From contig JAVZZP010000001.1 in NCBI GenBank assembly GCA_038885615.1, forward strand, positions 119,191-183,190: a stretch of 64,000 bases of DNA, read 5' to 3'. The translations under genes were made by a program, and so were the position numbers. Below the pieces are notes generated by a model. It was not told the origin of the DNA. It saw nothing but the letters and a program-made list of their open reading frames with translations, and did no database searches. This document shows, in pieces, positions 48,001 to 56,686 of the stretch. The stretch's first letter is position 1. Each line of letters begins with the position of its first letter. This stretch comes from Candidatus Pacearchaeota archaeon. Its GTDB lineage: Archaea; Nanobdellota; Nanobdellia; Pacearchaeales; GW2011-AR1.

Positions 48001-49083
48001 ACCAGAAGAGCTATCTGTATTTTGGGCACAAATTTCTTGCATAAAATCAGCACAACCTTCAATGGTAATTTGCTCTTCAAAACAACGAGCTATAAAATGC
48101 CTTGAACCTACTGGAGAAATGCCGCTTAAAGGATTAATATCATAAACACACCAGCTTTCTCCGTGTTTTCTTTCTCCGCAATGCAAACTTTTACAAACAT
48201 AATCTCCGAAAGTCGGTTTTGGAGTTTTTCCTTGTTCATATTTTGTGCAAACACTTCCGCCTATATAATTACAATTACCACAAGAAGGGCTTTCTGGAGA
48301 ACAAGAATTCTCTGGAGGAATTGGTTTTTCCCAATAGCTTTGATCATCTGCCTTAGAAGCATCGTAGATATTCGCTATGTTTCCGCATGAATCAACAAAA
48401 TAAACTTGGTCTTTATCTTCAACACAGGTTGTTTTCTTTGTAGGTTTGCAAACAGTTTTTAATTCTTTTGCAGTACATAAATAGCCTGGCTTAAAATCCC
48501 CTGTTTTGCAGTTTTTCTTAGAGGTATAAACACAATTTTTCTCACCTGAAAAATCGCCCGAATCTGAAAGACAAGCTCCCAGTTCTTCTAAACCGAAATA
48601 TTTTTCGCAGCTCTCTCCGCTAGCCAAAGGGACAAATTTTTTTTCAAAATTATACTTGTTTGCTAGCAGGGTGCATTCTCGAGAGTTAGTTAGAGAAACT
48701 TGTGTTCCTAAAATACAACAACCTAACTGACATTGTGGAATGTTGCAACTAGGACTATCACTCCAATTTCCTCCGTTCTCCAAACATTTTTGTTTTGGAG
48801 AGTTCATTGAGCAGGTTCCTGTCGAAGGCGAATAACAGCAACCAATTCTACACTCATCAACAGAAGAACAAGAAGTTAAAAAAAGATTCTCCTTGCATAT
48901 GTCTGACTGAAAAAAAGGAATTTCTTGACAGATTGCTCCTTCTTTTGTTTCACGACAGCAACCCTTAATAGAGTCCTGTTGTGCAGAAACAATTTTTATA
49001 TCCTTTTCCGAAATTAAATAGGCAAAACTGAAAATAGCCAAAACCATTAAACTTATTTCTAAAGTTGCTATTTTCTTTTTCAT
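45079..49083 (-). CDS. Giant Cys-rich surface protein (~1334 aa) with central Gly/Ala-rich hydrophobic domain and C-terminal Ig-like repeats
   Basis: ATGA overlap places the start at 49083 (MKKKIA); very Cys-rich N-half; GxxxG-rich segment with NPIGW; TDKPATC/LNEPAEC/TDEDAEC repeats. Confidence 0.8.
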   Translation of the reverse strand: MKKKIATLEISLMVLAIFSFAYLISEKDIKIVSAQQDSIKGCCRETKEGAICQEIPFFQSDICKENLFLTSCSSVDECRIGCCYSPSTGTCSMNSPKQKCLENGGNWSDSPSCNIPQCQLGCCILGTQVSLTNSRECTLLANKYNFEKKFVPLASGESCEKYFGLEELGACLSDSGDFSGEKNCVYTSKKNCKTGDFKPGYLCTAKELKTVCKPTKKTTCVEDKDQVYFVDSCGNIANIYDASKADDQSYWEKPIPPENSCSPESPSCGNCNYIGGSVCTKYEQGKTPKPTFGDYVCKSLHCGERKHGESWCVYDINPLSGISPVGSRHFIARCFEEQITIEGCADFMQEICAQNTDSSSGYTSAKCLVNDWRSCLNANDAESYEQVKQKCDENPQCIMFNEFYGEDKLKRSDDKFLAGFDPEKTNAEQGAIDDLGKDQNKVLAHCVPRFTPGFQFWTTKAPVGKASQTSSSQQQKTLSSANYGGSEFESTAVCSLGSFVCISQIHRDCTLAGGCGDWKDHERNWECNIDGVNQNIKTKDLPALMAALNERCRAIGTCGVSSNIVGKVNNDNATIGFTVKRMKIDKTGKQKEVSSENYTLSEDYISSIKKSISQIKSLKDIASRGSGLTADAGDTAGTIGDPQTGVIDLNKLASQANVNPGDGGGFDDVMTGAMVISGLMALGGFSALSGVIGTYGTSLAVITGSTWLEAGAVAFSKGGLAAGGYVLGAAAVGAVVGYQIGKLISKNQDWSPGKSNQFNMFMASVGAAVGAAVGIGLSTGFGSAAASGSGFFATAGGLLATNPIGWIVLAAAIVYTIYTAFFDEYEEQEYFIMQFSCQSWKPPKESQCELCNEDVRPCSEYRCKSLGARCHYFVDKGEPGYCATINEIWQAKITPWPEILTQGNSYTNIRDNGFRIAGPNGGGVEPWQELTFGIITDKPATCKIDYEHTKNYDEMKFEMISEINPQTGKAEGTHHKITLSPYLRDKTASTNTLGLSVGEENEYYIRCMNFAGQVNEAEFVVQIKVKDSYDLTPAELKRFEPASGSYLKKGTNSTAVILYLNEPAECRFIQEYDVVTGEQGYEKMPNNMTCLTSQDSVFLGEWRCFTLLSNLEEGQNKFYFRCKDKPDLTEETEFDKRNPNLHSKEYILNVCREGININLINRNTFIEEKNFTLSVSTSGCLGNAICSYKIENFSSGFINFYETGGTAHSQLLMLPQGKYSIDVKCEDEAKNINETTFNFQVFFDEQPPIIVRTAYDGNRLSLQTDEDAECFYHLNYSEVCEKSLRDIQNASSTKYLSKTHSFSANPYETYYIKCRDKKLNEQKFCISVKPINLK

Positions 49084-49841
49084 ATTCCGGCAGGCATTAC
49101 ACAAGTGCGAATTGCAAATTTAATTTCTTTTTTAGAATCTCCGGCTGAATTTAAAATATAAACTTTAGTAGAGTCACCACCGCGAAATCTATCAATTTTA
49201 ACATCACGGTTCATTGCTTGCCAAACCATTAAATCAAATTCACAAAATGTTGATTCATAATTATTTATTGTCTCGGCAGTTCTTAGAAGAGCTGGAAGAG
49301 ATGATTTAAAGTTTCCTTTTAGATTTGAAATAGAAAGAGATGACTCCCCCTTGGAAAGATGAATATTTGTTTTAAAATCAAATGAAATTTGTTTTTCTTC
49401 AAAAATTAAATTAAAGGAATAATCTTCATATAAAAAAGAATACCCTTTTTTATCATAATTCTCCTTAATTGTTAATAAACATCTAGATAGATCCCTAGAA
49501 ACCTTATTTTCAATCTTTCTTCTTACTGACTCAATAAACAAAGGAGATTGTTGAACACAAGGAAAATAAAACTCAGAGGTAAAGCAAGAAAAAGGTACTC
49601 TTTCTCCACGATAAACATAAAAAACCTTAAACTCTTCTAAAAATTGTTTTTCTTTAAAAAAATTTTCTTCGTGCTTTTTTATAGAGTCTAAAATACAACT
49701 TCTTATGTCTAAAGAAGGGTCTTCTATGCTTTTTTTACTAAAGATAACCTCTGGTTTGATAAAAAAAAATAAAAAAACTGAAAAAAGAAGAATAATTCCA
49801 AGAATAATGAATAATACTGCTTGACCTCTTTTATTTCTCAT
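49080..49841 (-). CDS. Class III signal peptide (pilin-like) protein
   Basis: MRNKRG|QAVLFIILGIILL; paralog of 44277-45044. Confidence 0.75.
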   Translation of the reverse strand: MRNKRGQAVLFIILGIILLFSVFLFFFIKPEVIFSKKSIEDPSLDIRSCILDSIKKHEENFFKEKQFLEEFKVFYVYRGERVPFSCFTSEFYFPCVQQSPLFIESVRRKIENKVSRDLSRCLLTIKENYDKKGYSFLYEDYSFNLIFEEKQISFDFKTNIHLSKGESSLSISNLKGNFKSSLPALLRTAETINNYESTFCEFDLMVWQAMNRDVKIDRFRGGDSTKVYILNSAGDSKKEIKFAIRTCVMPAGI

Positions 49842-49861
49842 ATAAAAAAGACAATTTCTAA

Positions 49862-50479
49862 CTATTTAAACTTATTTTTAATATATTTCTTAAAAAAGTA
49901 ATAAGGAACACCTAAAAGAATTATCCCGGGAACAACAGCAATCCCTAAGCCTGGAGCTAAAGCGGAAACTCCAATTGTTGAGAGTGTTCCAACACCAACA
50001 CTTTCCAAAATTTCATTTGCTTCTCTGACCTTTTTTTCAACATTTTTTTCAAGCGCATCTATTTGAACAGTTATCTTTCCTTGCCTAAAAATTTTTATTT
50101 TCTTCTCTTCTTGAGAAATTAAAACAGATAAGCTATCTTTTTCCAAGGAGGCCGAATATGCCGCCGCGTGCCTTGTGCCATACTCTCTAAAAACTCTTTT
50201 TGACTCAATCTTGGCTCCGTAATCTACAACCATTCCTTCCTTGTTTATTATTACCGCTCCATCTATTATTGCTAAAGATAAAAGAATTTTTTTTGCTCCT
50301 GGCTCAAAAATAGAAAAAGGCTCAAATCTCTGCTTCAGCATTTTTTTATACTTACAATTATCTGAAACAACAAACAAGGCTCCCTCCCCTTTTTTTGCTA
50401 TATCAATACCTACAGAAATAAGCAATTCCTCTATTTTTTTTATTTTTTTGATGGATCTATCTGTCATTTTAAAAATCAA
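49862..50479 (-). CDS. Diadenylate cyclase (DisA_N/DAC domain) with hydrophobic C-terminal tail
   Basis: GEGALFVV, IDGAVII (DGA), GTRHAAA (RHR-like), ISQE. Confidence 0.82.
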   Translation of the reverse strand: MIFKMTDRSIKKIKKIEELLISVGIDIAKKGEGALFVVSDNCKYKKMLKQRFEPFSIFEPGAKKILLSLAIIDGAVIINKEGMVVDYGAKIESKRVFREYGTRHAAAYSASLEKDSLSVLISQEEKKIKIFRQGKITVQIDALEKNVEKKVREANEILESVGVGTLSTIGVSALAPGLGIAVVPGIILLGVPYYFFKKYIKNKFK

Positions 50480-51195
50480 TCATTATCAACTCTTGGAGCG
50501 AGAATAAAAGAAATACCCAAACTGTCTCCTGGAAAAACAAGTTTTAAAGGATAATTATCAGAAAACATAATTTTTACCTTTTCAGAAATTTTAGCGGCTT
50601 TTATAAATTTCATTAAATATTCAAGAGAATATTTGGCTCTTGCCCCGCCTTTGAATTCATAATTAGAAGGAAAATCGACCTTAACAGAACTTAAAGAACC
50701 TTTCGCTTCTATTCTAAAAAAACCATCTTTAACGGAAAAAGAACATGAATCTGCAACAACGTAGCAATCTTCTATTGTTCTTGAAAAGTCTTGTGAAGAA
50801 ATCTCTCCTTCAACTGAGAATTCCAAAGAAGGCTCCTTTTTTTCTTCAATGTCTGTTTCTATTAAAGAAAGATTGAAAGTTCTCTTTGACGAATCCTCCA
50901 AGGAAATTTTTAGTGTATTTTCATCTCTTTCAAATTCAACAAAATCAGAGTTATAGGCCCTTTTTAAAATCCTTTTTAAGTCTTCTAAATTAACAGCCAA
51001 TTCGTCATTTTCTGCTTCATAAATTGCAAAACTCTCTTTTGGAACCTTAAAAATAACCATTGCAACATTTGCAGGATCAACCGCACTTAAAGAAAGCCCT
51101 TCTTCTAAAAACTTTAATTTTACTTCTACAACTAATTCAGAAATTATATTAAGTGCGTCAATAAAAGATTTTGGATTTTCTAGTTTAATCTTCAT
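50476..51195 (-). CDS. pcn: DNA polymerase sliding clamp PCNA
   Basis: AVDPANVAMV, KYSLEYL, YPLKL, FILAPRV. Confidence 0.95.
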   Translation of the reverse strand: MKIKLENPKSFIDALNIISELVVEVKLKFLEEGLSLSAVDPANVAMVIFKVPKESFAIYEAENDELAVNLEDLKRILKRAYNSDFVEFERDENTLKISLEDSSKRTFNLSLIETDIEEKKEPSLEFSVEGEISSQDFSRTIEDCYVVADSCSFSVKDGFFRIEAKGSLSSVKVDFPSNYEFKGGARAKYSLEYLMKFIKAAKISEKVKIMFSDNYPLKLVFPGDSLGISFILAPRVDND

Positions 51196-51279
51196 ATAAT
51201 AGAATTTATTTAAACATTTATAAAGATTATTATTTGAAAAAGTAGGAATTTATTTAAATAAACCTATATAAAAAAGAAC

Positions 51280-52773
51280 ATGGAAGAAGAGGATAAAAAG
51301 ATAAATTTTATTTGTTTAAACCATTATTCAAAAAAGGAAATCCAGAATGCCATTTTTGATTTTTGCAAACACCGAGAAACAATACCCCTATACAAAGAAT
51401 TTTTTGGAAAAAGGCCTGACTGCTTAGAATATCCAGGTGATATTTACGAATTGGCAAAAAAAGGAGCTACTAGCTTCCATTGTTCTCAAGAAATTTGGAA
51501 AAACCCCTTAGAAATAGAAAAAGATTCTCAAAAAAAGGTTCTAGACGAAAAAAGAGAAGGATGGGACTTTCTTATTGATATTGATTCAAAATATTTTGAC
51601 TATGCAAAAATTTCTGCTATTATAATAGTAAAAGCACTAAAACACTTTGGCATAAAGAATTTTGGAATAAAATTTTCTGGCAGTAAAGGTTTTCATATAA
51701 TAGTTCCGTGGGCTGCCTTTCCAGAAGAAGTTAATGGAATAAAAACAAAGGATATGTTTCCAGAGTGGCCAAGATTAATAGCTCAATATCTACAAGAAGA
51801 GTTTATTAAAAAAAATCTAGAAAAAGAGCTTATTAAAATAACAAATAAAGATTATGAAAAAGAAATTATCTTTTCGCCTAAAAAAGAAAAAGCGATAGAA
51901 GGCATTCTATGTGAACATTATTGCGAAAAATGTGGGACGAAAACAACTAACATCTTAGAGAAAAATAGCAAAAAAAGAGTTTTTAGATGTCCAGTAAAAA
52001 ACTGCAATAGTCTAATGAAAAAAATAAATGAAGAAAAAATTTATTTATCTCCTGACAAAAAGTTTAATTCTCATAAGAATCCACAACTTTTCGAAGAAAA
52101 AATAAAAATAGAAAAAGATATTAATTCGGTTGATTTAGTTTTAGTCTCTTCTAGACATTTGTTTAGAACACCTTATTCCCTGCATGAAAAAACTGCCCTC
52201 TGTTCTGTTGTTTTAGAAGAAAAAGAGTTAGAAGAATTTTATCCTAACAAAGCAAAACCATCTAATATATTAATAAAAAACTTTTATCCGGAAACTGAAA
52301 AAGATGAAGCAAAAAGACTGCTTATAAATGCATTGGATTGGTCCCAGAAAAAAGAAAAAGAAGAAAAAAAATATTCCGAAATAAAAAGTATAAACCTTGA
52401 CGGAGTAAAAATTGATGAGAATTATTTTCCGCCTACAATAATGAAAATTCTTGAAGGAATAAAAGAAGATGGAAGAAAAAGGGCCCTAACAATTCTACTC
52501 TCTTTTTTTGTTTCCCTGAACCTTCCGAAGGAATACATTGAAGAAAAAATCTCTGAGTGGAATAAAAAAAATTATCAACCCCTAAAAGAAGGTTATATAA
52601 GGTCGCAAATAGAATGGTTCTTAAAAAATAAGAGGATGCCGCCCAATTATGACAAACCAATCTATCGAGAGCTAGGTGTTTTGATGGAAACAAACAATTT
52701 AAAAAATCCTATAAATTACACAATAAGAAAGATATTCAAAGAAAAAAATAAAAAAGAAAAGCTTAATAAATAG
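51280..52773 (+). CDS. Fused DNA primase PriS-PriL(CTD), DPANN type, with a Zn-ribbon insertion
   Basis: DFLIDID, SGSKGFH, RHLFRTPYSLH (PriS); FPP.I..IL.G..DGRKR C-terminal domain; CEKC...CPVKNC insert. Confidence 0.88.
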   Translation: MEEEDKKINFICLNHYSKKEIQNAIFDFCKHRETIPLYKEFFGKRPDCLEYPGDIYELAKKGATSFHCSQEIWKNPLEIEKDSQKKVLDEKREGWDFLIDIDSKYFDYAKISAIIIVKALKHFGIKNFGIKFSGSKGFHIIVPWAAFPEEVNGIKTKDMFPEWPRLIAQYLQEEFIKKNLEKELIKITNKDYEKEIIFSPKKEKAIEGILCEHYCEKCGTKTTNILEKNSKKRVFRCPVKNCNSLMKKINEEKIYLSPDKKFNSHKNPQLFEEKIKIEKDINSVDLVLVSSRHLFRTPYSLHEKTALCSVVLEEKELEEFYPNKAKPSNILIKNFYPETEKDEAKRLLINALDWSQKKEKEEKKYSEIKSINLDGVKIDENYFPPTIMKILEGIKEDGRKRALTILLSFFVSLNLPKEYIEEKISEWNKKNYQPLKEGYIRSQIEWFLKNKRMPPNYDKPIYRELGVLMETNNLKNPINYTIRKIFKEKNKKEKLNK

Positions 52774-52791
52774 CTTATTTTTATAAGAGAT

Positions 52792-54759
52792 ATGGCAAAG
52801 AAAGGGGGAAAAATATTTTTTTTTGTAAATAGTATAGTTTTATTTTTACTTCTTCTGAATATCGCTATTTCACAAAATAATACAACATCTACAAATTCTT
52901 CTCAGGTCTCGCAACAACAAAACATAACTCAAAACAAAACAACGGTTGATAAGGCCTATGAGTGTTTAGAAAAAGAATTAAAAGATGATTGTTCTGGTGC
53001 AATAACGATACAACAACTGGCTTTTTCTATAATGGCTACTCCAAAAACAGATATACTTAGAAAATGTGTAGATAGGCTTAAAGCAAAAGAAAAAACCGAA
53101 GGTTGTTTTGGAGATTCTTCTTGTACAATAAAAGATACTGCTTTAGCGATTCTTGCATTAGATCATATTAAAGAGAATACCACAAAATATGAAAACTGGT
53201 TGCTCTCAAAAAATTTAAGTACAACAGAAGTTGAATGGATATTTCAACACGACTCTTCTAATGAAACAACATGTACTTTAAAATACGATGGGAATGACTA
53301 TCAATTTACTGCAAAAAATGATAAGAAATTAACTGGAAATTTTGGGTCTTGCTTTAGCCCAATATATCAAAACTATTGGCTTAGAATAAACGAAGATTGT
53401 TTAAACAAAGAGATAAAAATAGGATGTAATCAAAAATCGTCAATTTCTTTTATCTACAGAACTCCGGGCTCTTCGAAAATAAATGTTCTTTCAAACACAA
53501 AAGAAATTGTCCAAAACTCTGAAACAAGCTTTAAAATAGATTCTAAATGTTTTGGGATTGATAGCTGCAACTATGAGGACAATGTCTGGGCTGTATTGGC
53601 TCTTATGAGAAAAGGGCATAACATTAAAGATAACATTCCTTATATAATCACGACAGAAGAAAATAATAGGCAATATTTTTCTGAAGTTTTCTCTTATATA
53701 TTAACAAATTACGATAGAATTTATGGAGAGAAAATAATGAAAATGCAAACAGATGAAAAATATTGGGAGGCAGAAAACAGCTATTATGGAAAATATTATG
53801 ATACTGCTTTGGTTCTTTTAGCAATGGGGCACTTAAATCAAAAACAAATAGTCGATGCAAAAAATTGGGTTTGGTACTCTCAAGAAAGTAATGGGTGCTG
53901 GAATTCTAAAAACATAAGAGATAGTGCATTTTTATTATGGGCTACTCAAAGAAAAACATCTCCACAACCTAATACCTCACAGCCAAATACTACCAATGTT
54001 ATAACTACAACAAGATGCGACCAAGGGCCTGCTGGAGCTAGCTGTATAAGACAAGCAGAATGCCTAGAAAATGCAGGAAGAGTTTTAACTTCATATGATT
54101 GCAGTTATAGCCCCATTTCCTTTTCCGTATGTTGTAATATAACACCTGTCCTAAAATCATGCTCTGAACTAAATGGAAAAATTTGTTCTCAAAATGAAAT
54201 TTGTAGCGGTATTGAAAAAAATTCTACTAATGGAAAGTGTTGCTTGGGGGAGTGCAGACAAAATATTGCTCCTCGATCAAAACCTGAAGAAGAAGATAAG
54301 TGCAAGCTTGCTGGTGGAACATGTAGAACAAAATGCGGAAATGACCAAGAAGAAATAAGTGAAGATTGTTCTGACAGCTCAAAAGTTTGTTGTGTTAAAA
54401 AAACTTCTCCATCTTCGACTACAAAGAAAAATCTTTTGTGGTTATGGATTTTGCTTGGAATTTTGATTGTTTTAGTAATAATTGGAATTTTAATGAAAGA
54501 TAAAATAAAAGTAATGCTCTACAAAAAATCAAATAAGGATAGCGGTCAGAAACCTATCTTTGGCAGTGGAATTAGGCCGGCTAAACCAGGATTTCCGCCT
54601 ATAAGCGGACCACCCCGACCAATGGTTCCTGCAAGACCCCTCTTAGGTGTACCTCCAAGAACTGCACCAGGTGTTGAAAATAGGCCCCAGCCACCGATAG
54701 CTGCTAGGCCCCAGCAAAGACCTGCTGTGTTTGATAAACTAAAAGAGATATCTAAGTAA
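52792..54759 (+). CDS. Surface protein: alpha/alpha-toroid (prenyltransferase-like) repeats, Cys-rich repeats, TM anchor, Pro-rich tail
   Basis: Signal peptide; DTALAILAL/DTALVLLAM/QESNGCW repeats; three 6-Cys modules; LLWLWILLGILIVLVIIGI anchor. Confidence 0.7.
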   Translation: MAKKGGKIFFFVNSIVLFLLLLNIAISQNNTTSTNSSQVSQQQNITQNKTTVDKAYECLEKELKDDCSGAITIQQLAFSIMATPKTDILRKCVDRLKAKEKTEGCFGDSSCTIKDTALAILALDHIKENTTKYENWLLSKNLSTTEVEWIFQHDSSNETTCTLKYDGNDYQFTAKNDKKLTGNFGSCFSPIYQNYWLRINEDCLNKEIKIGCNQKSSISFIYRTPGSSKINVLSNTKEIVQNSETSFKIDSKCFGIDSCNYEDNVWAVLALMRKGHNIKDNIPYIITTEENNRQYFSEVFSYILTNYDRIYGEKIMKMQTDEKYWEAENSYYGKYYDTALVLLAMGHLNQKQIVDAKNWVWYSQESNGCWNSKNIRDSAFLLWATQRKTSPQPNTSQPNTTNVITTTRCDQGPAGASCIRQAECLENAGRVLTSYDCSYSPISFSVCCNITPVLKSCSELNGKICSQNEICSGIEKNSTNGKCCLGECRQNIAPRSKPEEEDKCKLAGGTCRTKCGNDQEEISEDCSDSSKVCCVKKTSPSSTTKKNLLWLWILLGILIVLVIIGILMKDKIKVMLYKKSNKDSGQKPIFGSGIRPAKPGFPPISGPPRPMVPARPLLGVPPRTAPGVENRPQPPIAARPQQRPAVFDKLKEISK

Positions 54760-54814
54760 AAATTGAAAAAATTCCTAAATAAAAACTTTATTAAGTTAAA
54801 AAGATAGACATTGT

Positions 54815-56077
54815 ATGAACAAAAAACATTATATCTTTGTAATTCTAATCTTAACATTTAATTTAGTTTCCTCAATAGAATTGATTTCTCTTAATGAGAA
54901 AGTTTCTGCAGGCGAGACCTATATAGGTTATTTTGATGGAAAACCAAAAGTTTCTCTTACAAATGACGATTTAAAAATCTATGAAGGTAGAAGAGAGGTT
55001 TATTTTGAAAAAGGAATTTATAGCTATAAAAATCAAACTTTTATTTATGTCATTTTCCCAAAAGAAGGAAATTTTACACTTGTAACAGAAGATTTTATGT
55101 ATTACGTTGAAGGAACTCTAAATTTTGGCAGAATAAATCAAACAATAAATATTGAGGGCAATTCAACAAGAGCTCTTCAAATAAGTCCTGGAATAATTTT
55201 TGGAAGCAGAACATTTACTCTGGCCAATTTAGGAAAAGAAAACCTTAAAGTTGATTTTCAAAATTACAGCTACAATTTAAAAGTTGGTGAGATAAGAAGA
55301 GTTAGTGCAAATCCTGAAAAAGATTTTTTTTATATTGAAATAAAAAGTTACAAAAATTTTAAGGTCCCTGCTATTTTTATTTCTATAGAGAACGAAACAA
55401 CTAGTACTGAAAATAATACAAAAATTAATAAAACAGAAAATCTCTCTATAGATGAAAAAAAAATAAATAAATCTATAAAAAGAATTGAAGTTAATCAAAC
55501 AATAATTGAAAATAACTTCGAAGTAAACAAAACAGAGGTTATTTATTTCTTAATAAAAAATCTTGAAGAAGAAGAGGTAAAAATTTCTTTAAGAACAAAG
55601 ATGAAAAACCTAAATTTTAGTGAGAATATATCTTTATCGCCTTTAGAAGAAAGACCTGTCTTTTTAGAGTATTCTCCAAAAGAAACAGGAAATTTCGAAG
55701 AAAACCTCACCATAGATTATGAAAATGATAGCTTAGATATTAGTTTAAAATTTTATGTAACAACAAAAGAAGGATTAGAGATATCAAAAAATCTTTCCTC
55801 GGAAGATAAAGAAATAAATTCTTGCGAAGAGATAAATGGAACTTTGTGTACAGAAACAGGATACACTTGCAAAGGAGGAAATAATGTGCCTGTCATAGGA
55901 TTAGGATTTTGTTGTGTTGGTGGAGAGTGCATAAAAATTGAAGAAGACAAACCAAAAAAATCTTATTCTTCCTATATAATTGGAGTTGCTTTCTTGTTAA
56001 TTGCTTTAATTGCAGGATATATAATATATCAGAAGTACAAAAAAGCTAAACCATCTGAACCGGCTTTTAAAAAATAA
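54815..56077 (+). CDS. Membrane-anchored surface protein (beta-rich domains + Cys module + C-terminal TM)
   Basis: Signal peptide, many NxS/T sequons; CEEINGTLC...CCVGGEC module resembles that of the upstream gene. Confidence 0.65.
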   Translation: MNKKHYIFVILILTFNLVSSIELISLNEKVSAGETYIGYFDGKPKVSLTNDDLKIYEGRREVYFEKGIYSYKNQTFIYVIFPKEGNFTLVTEDFMYYVEGTLNFGRINQTINIEGNSTRALQISPGIIFGSRTFTLANLGKENLKVDFQNYSYNLKVGEIRRVSANPEKDFFYIEIKSYKNFKVPAIFISIENETTSTENNTKINKTENLSIDEKKINKSIKRIEVNQTIIENNFEVNKTEVIYFLIKNLEEEEVKISLRTKMKNLNFSENISLSPLEERPVFLEYSPKETGNFEENLTIDYENDSLDISLKFYVTTKEGLEISKNLSSEDKEINSCEEINGTLCTETGYTCKGGNNVPVIGLGFCCVGGECIKIEEDKPKKSYSSYIIGVAFLLIALIAGYIIYQKYKKAKPSEPAFKK

Positions 56078-56078
56078 A

Positions 56079-56643
56079 TTATATCTTTCAAACAAGTTCT
56101 AGAGAAGGTCTTAATGTTTTTTACCTGGTCTCCAGCTTGCTGGGCAAACTTCCTCTTTGTTTTCTCTGACATGAATAGCTGCTTGTAATTTTCTTAGAAT
56201 TTCTTGAGCGTTTCTTCCTATTGAATTATCGTTTACTTCAAACGAAACTAGTTTTCCATCCAGATCAATTAAAAAAGTCCCTCTTAGAGACACTCCTTCT
56301 TCCTCTATATAAACTCCAAAACTTCTTGCTATTTTTCCAGAAGGGTCTGCAACCATCGGAAAAGATATTTTGGATATCGCGGGGGACAAATCGTGCCAGG
56401 CCTTATGAACAAAAACGCTGTCATTACTCACACTCAAAATCTCTGCGTTTAATTTTCTGAATTCTTCATAAAGATTTACGAATTCCTCTAATTCTTTGGA
56501 CAAACGAAAGTAAAATCTCCTGGGTAAAAAAACACTATAAGCCATTTTCCTCTAAAGGAATCCATGTCTATTTTTTTTATAGAATTTTCATGAAAAACTT
56601 CAAATTTCAAATTGCCTATTTTCTCACCTATTTTAATAGCCAT
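56079..56643 (-). pseudogene. ahpC: Peroxiredoxin AhpC pseudogene
   Basis: ATG 56643 gives ..FFYPGDFTFVCP. 1-nt deletion at ~56495-56497; second 1-nt deletion in the A-run at 56117-56122; TGA at 56088-56090 in place of Gly of LVGKI. Confidence 0.88.
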
Positions 56644-56686
56644 GAAAAGTTAATAAAATAAAATTTATAAGTTTTATTATAAAAAA

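Noticed and set aside
56088..56090. TGA at a Gly position in ahpC, suggesting TGA=Gly recoding
   Set aside because: TGA is a normal stop in intact genes here (srp54, pheS, ATGA overlaps), and ahpC has two other lesions.
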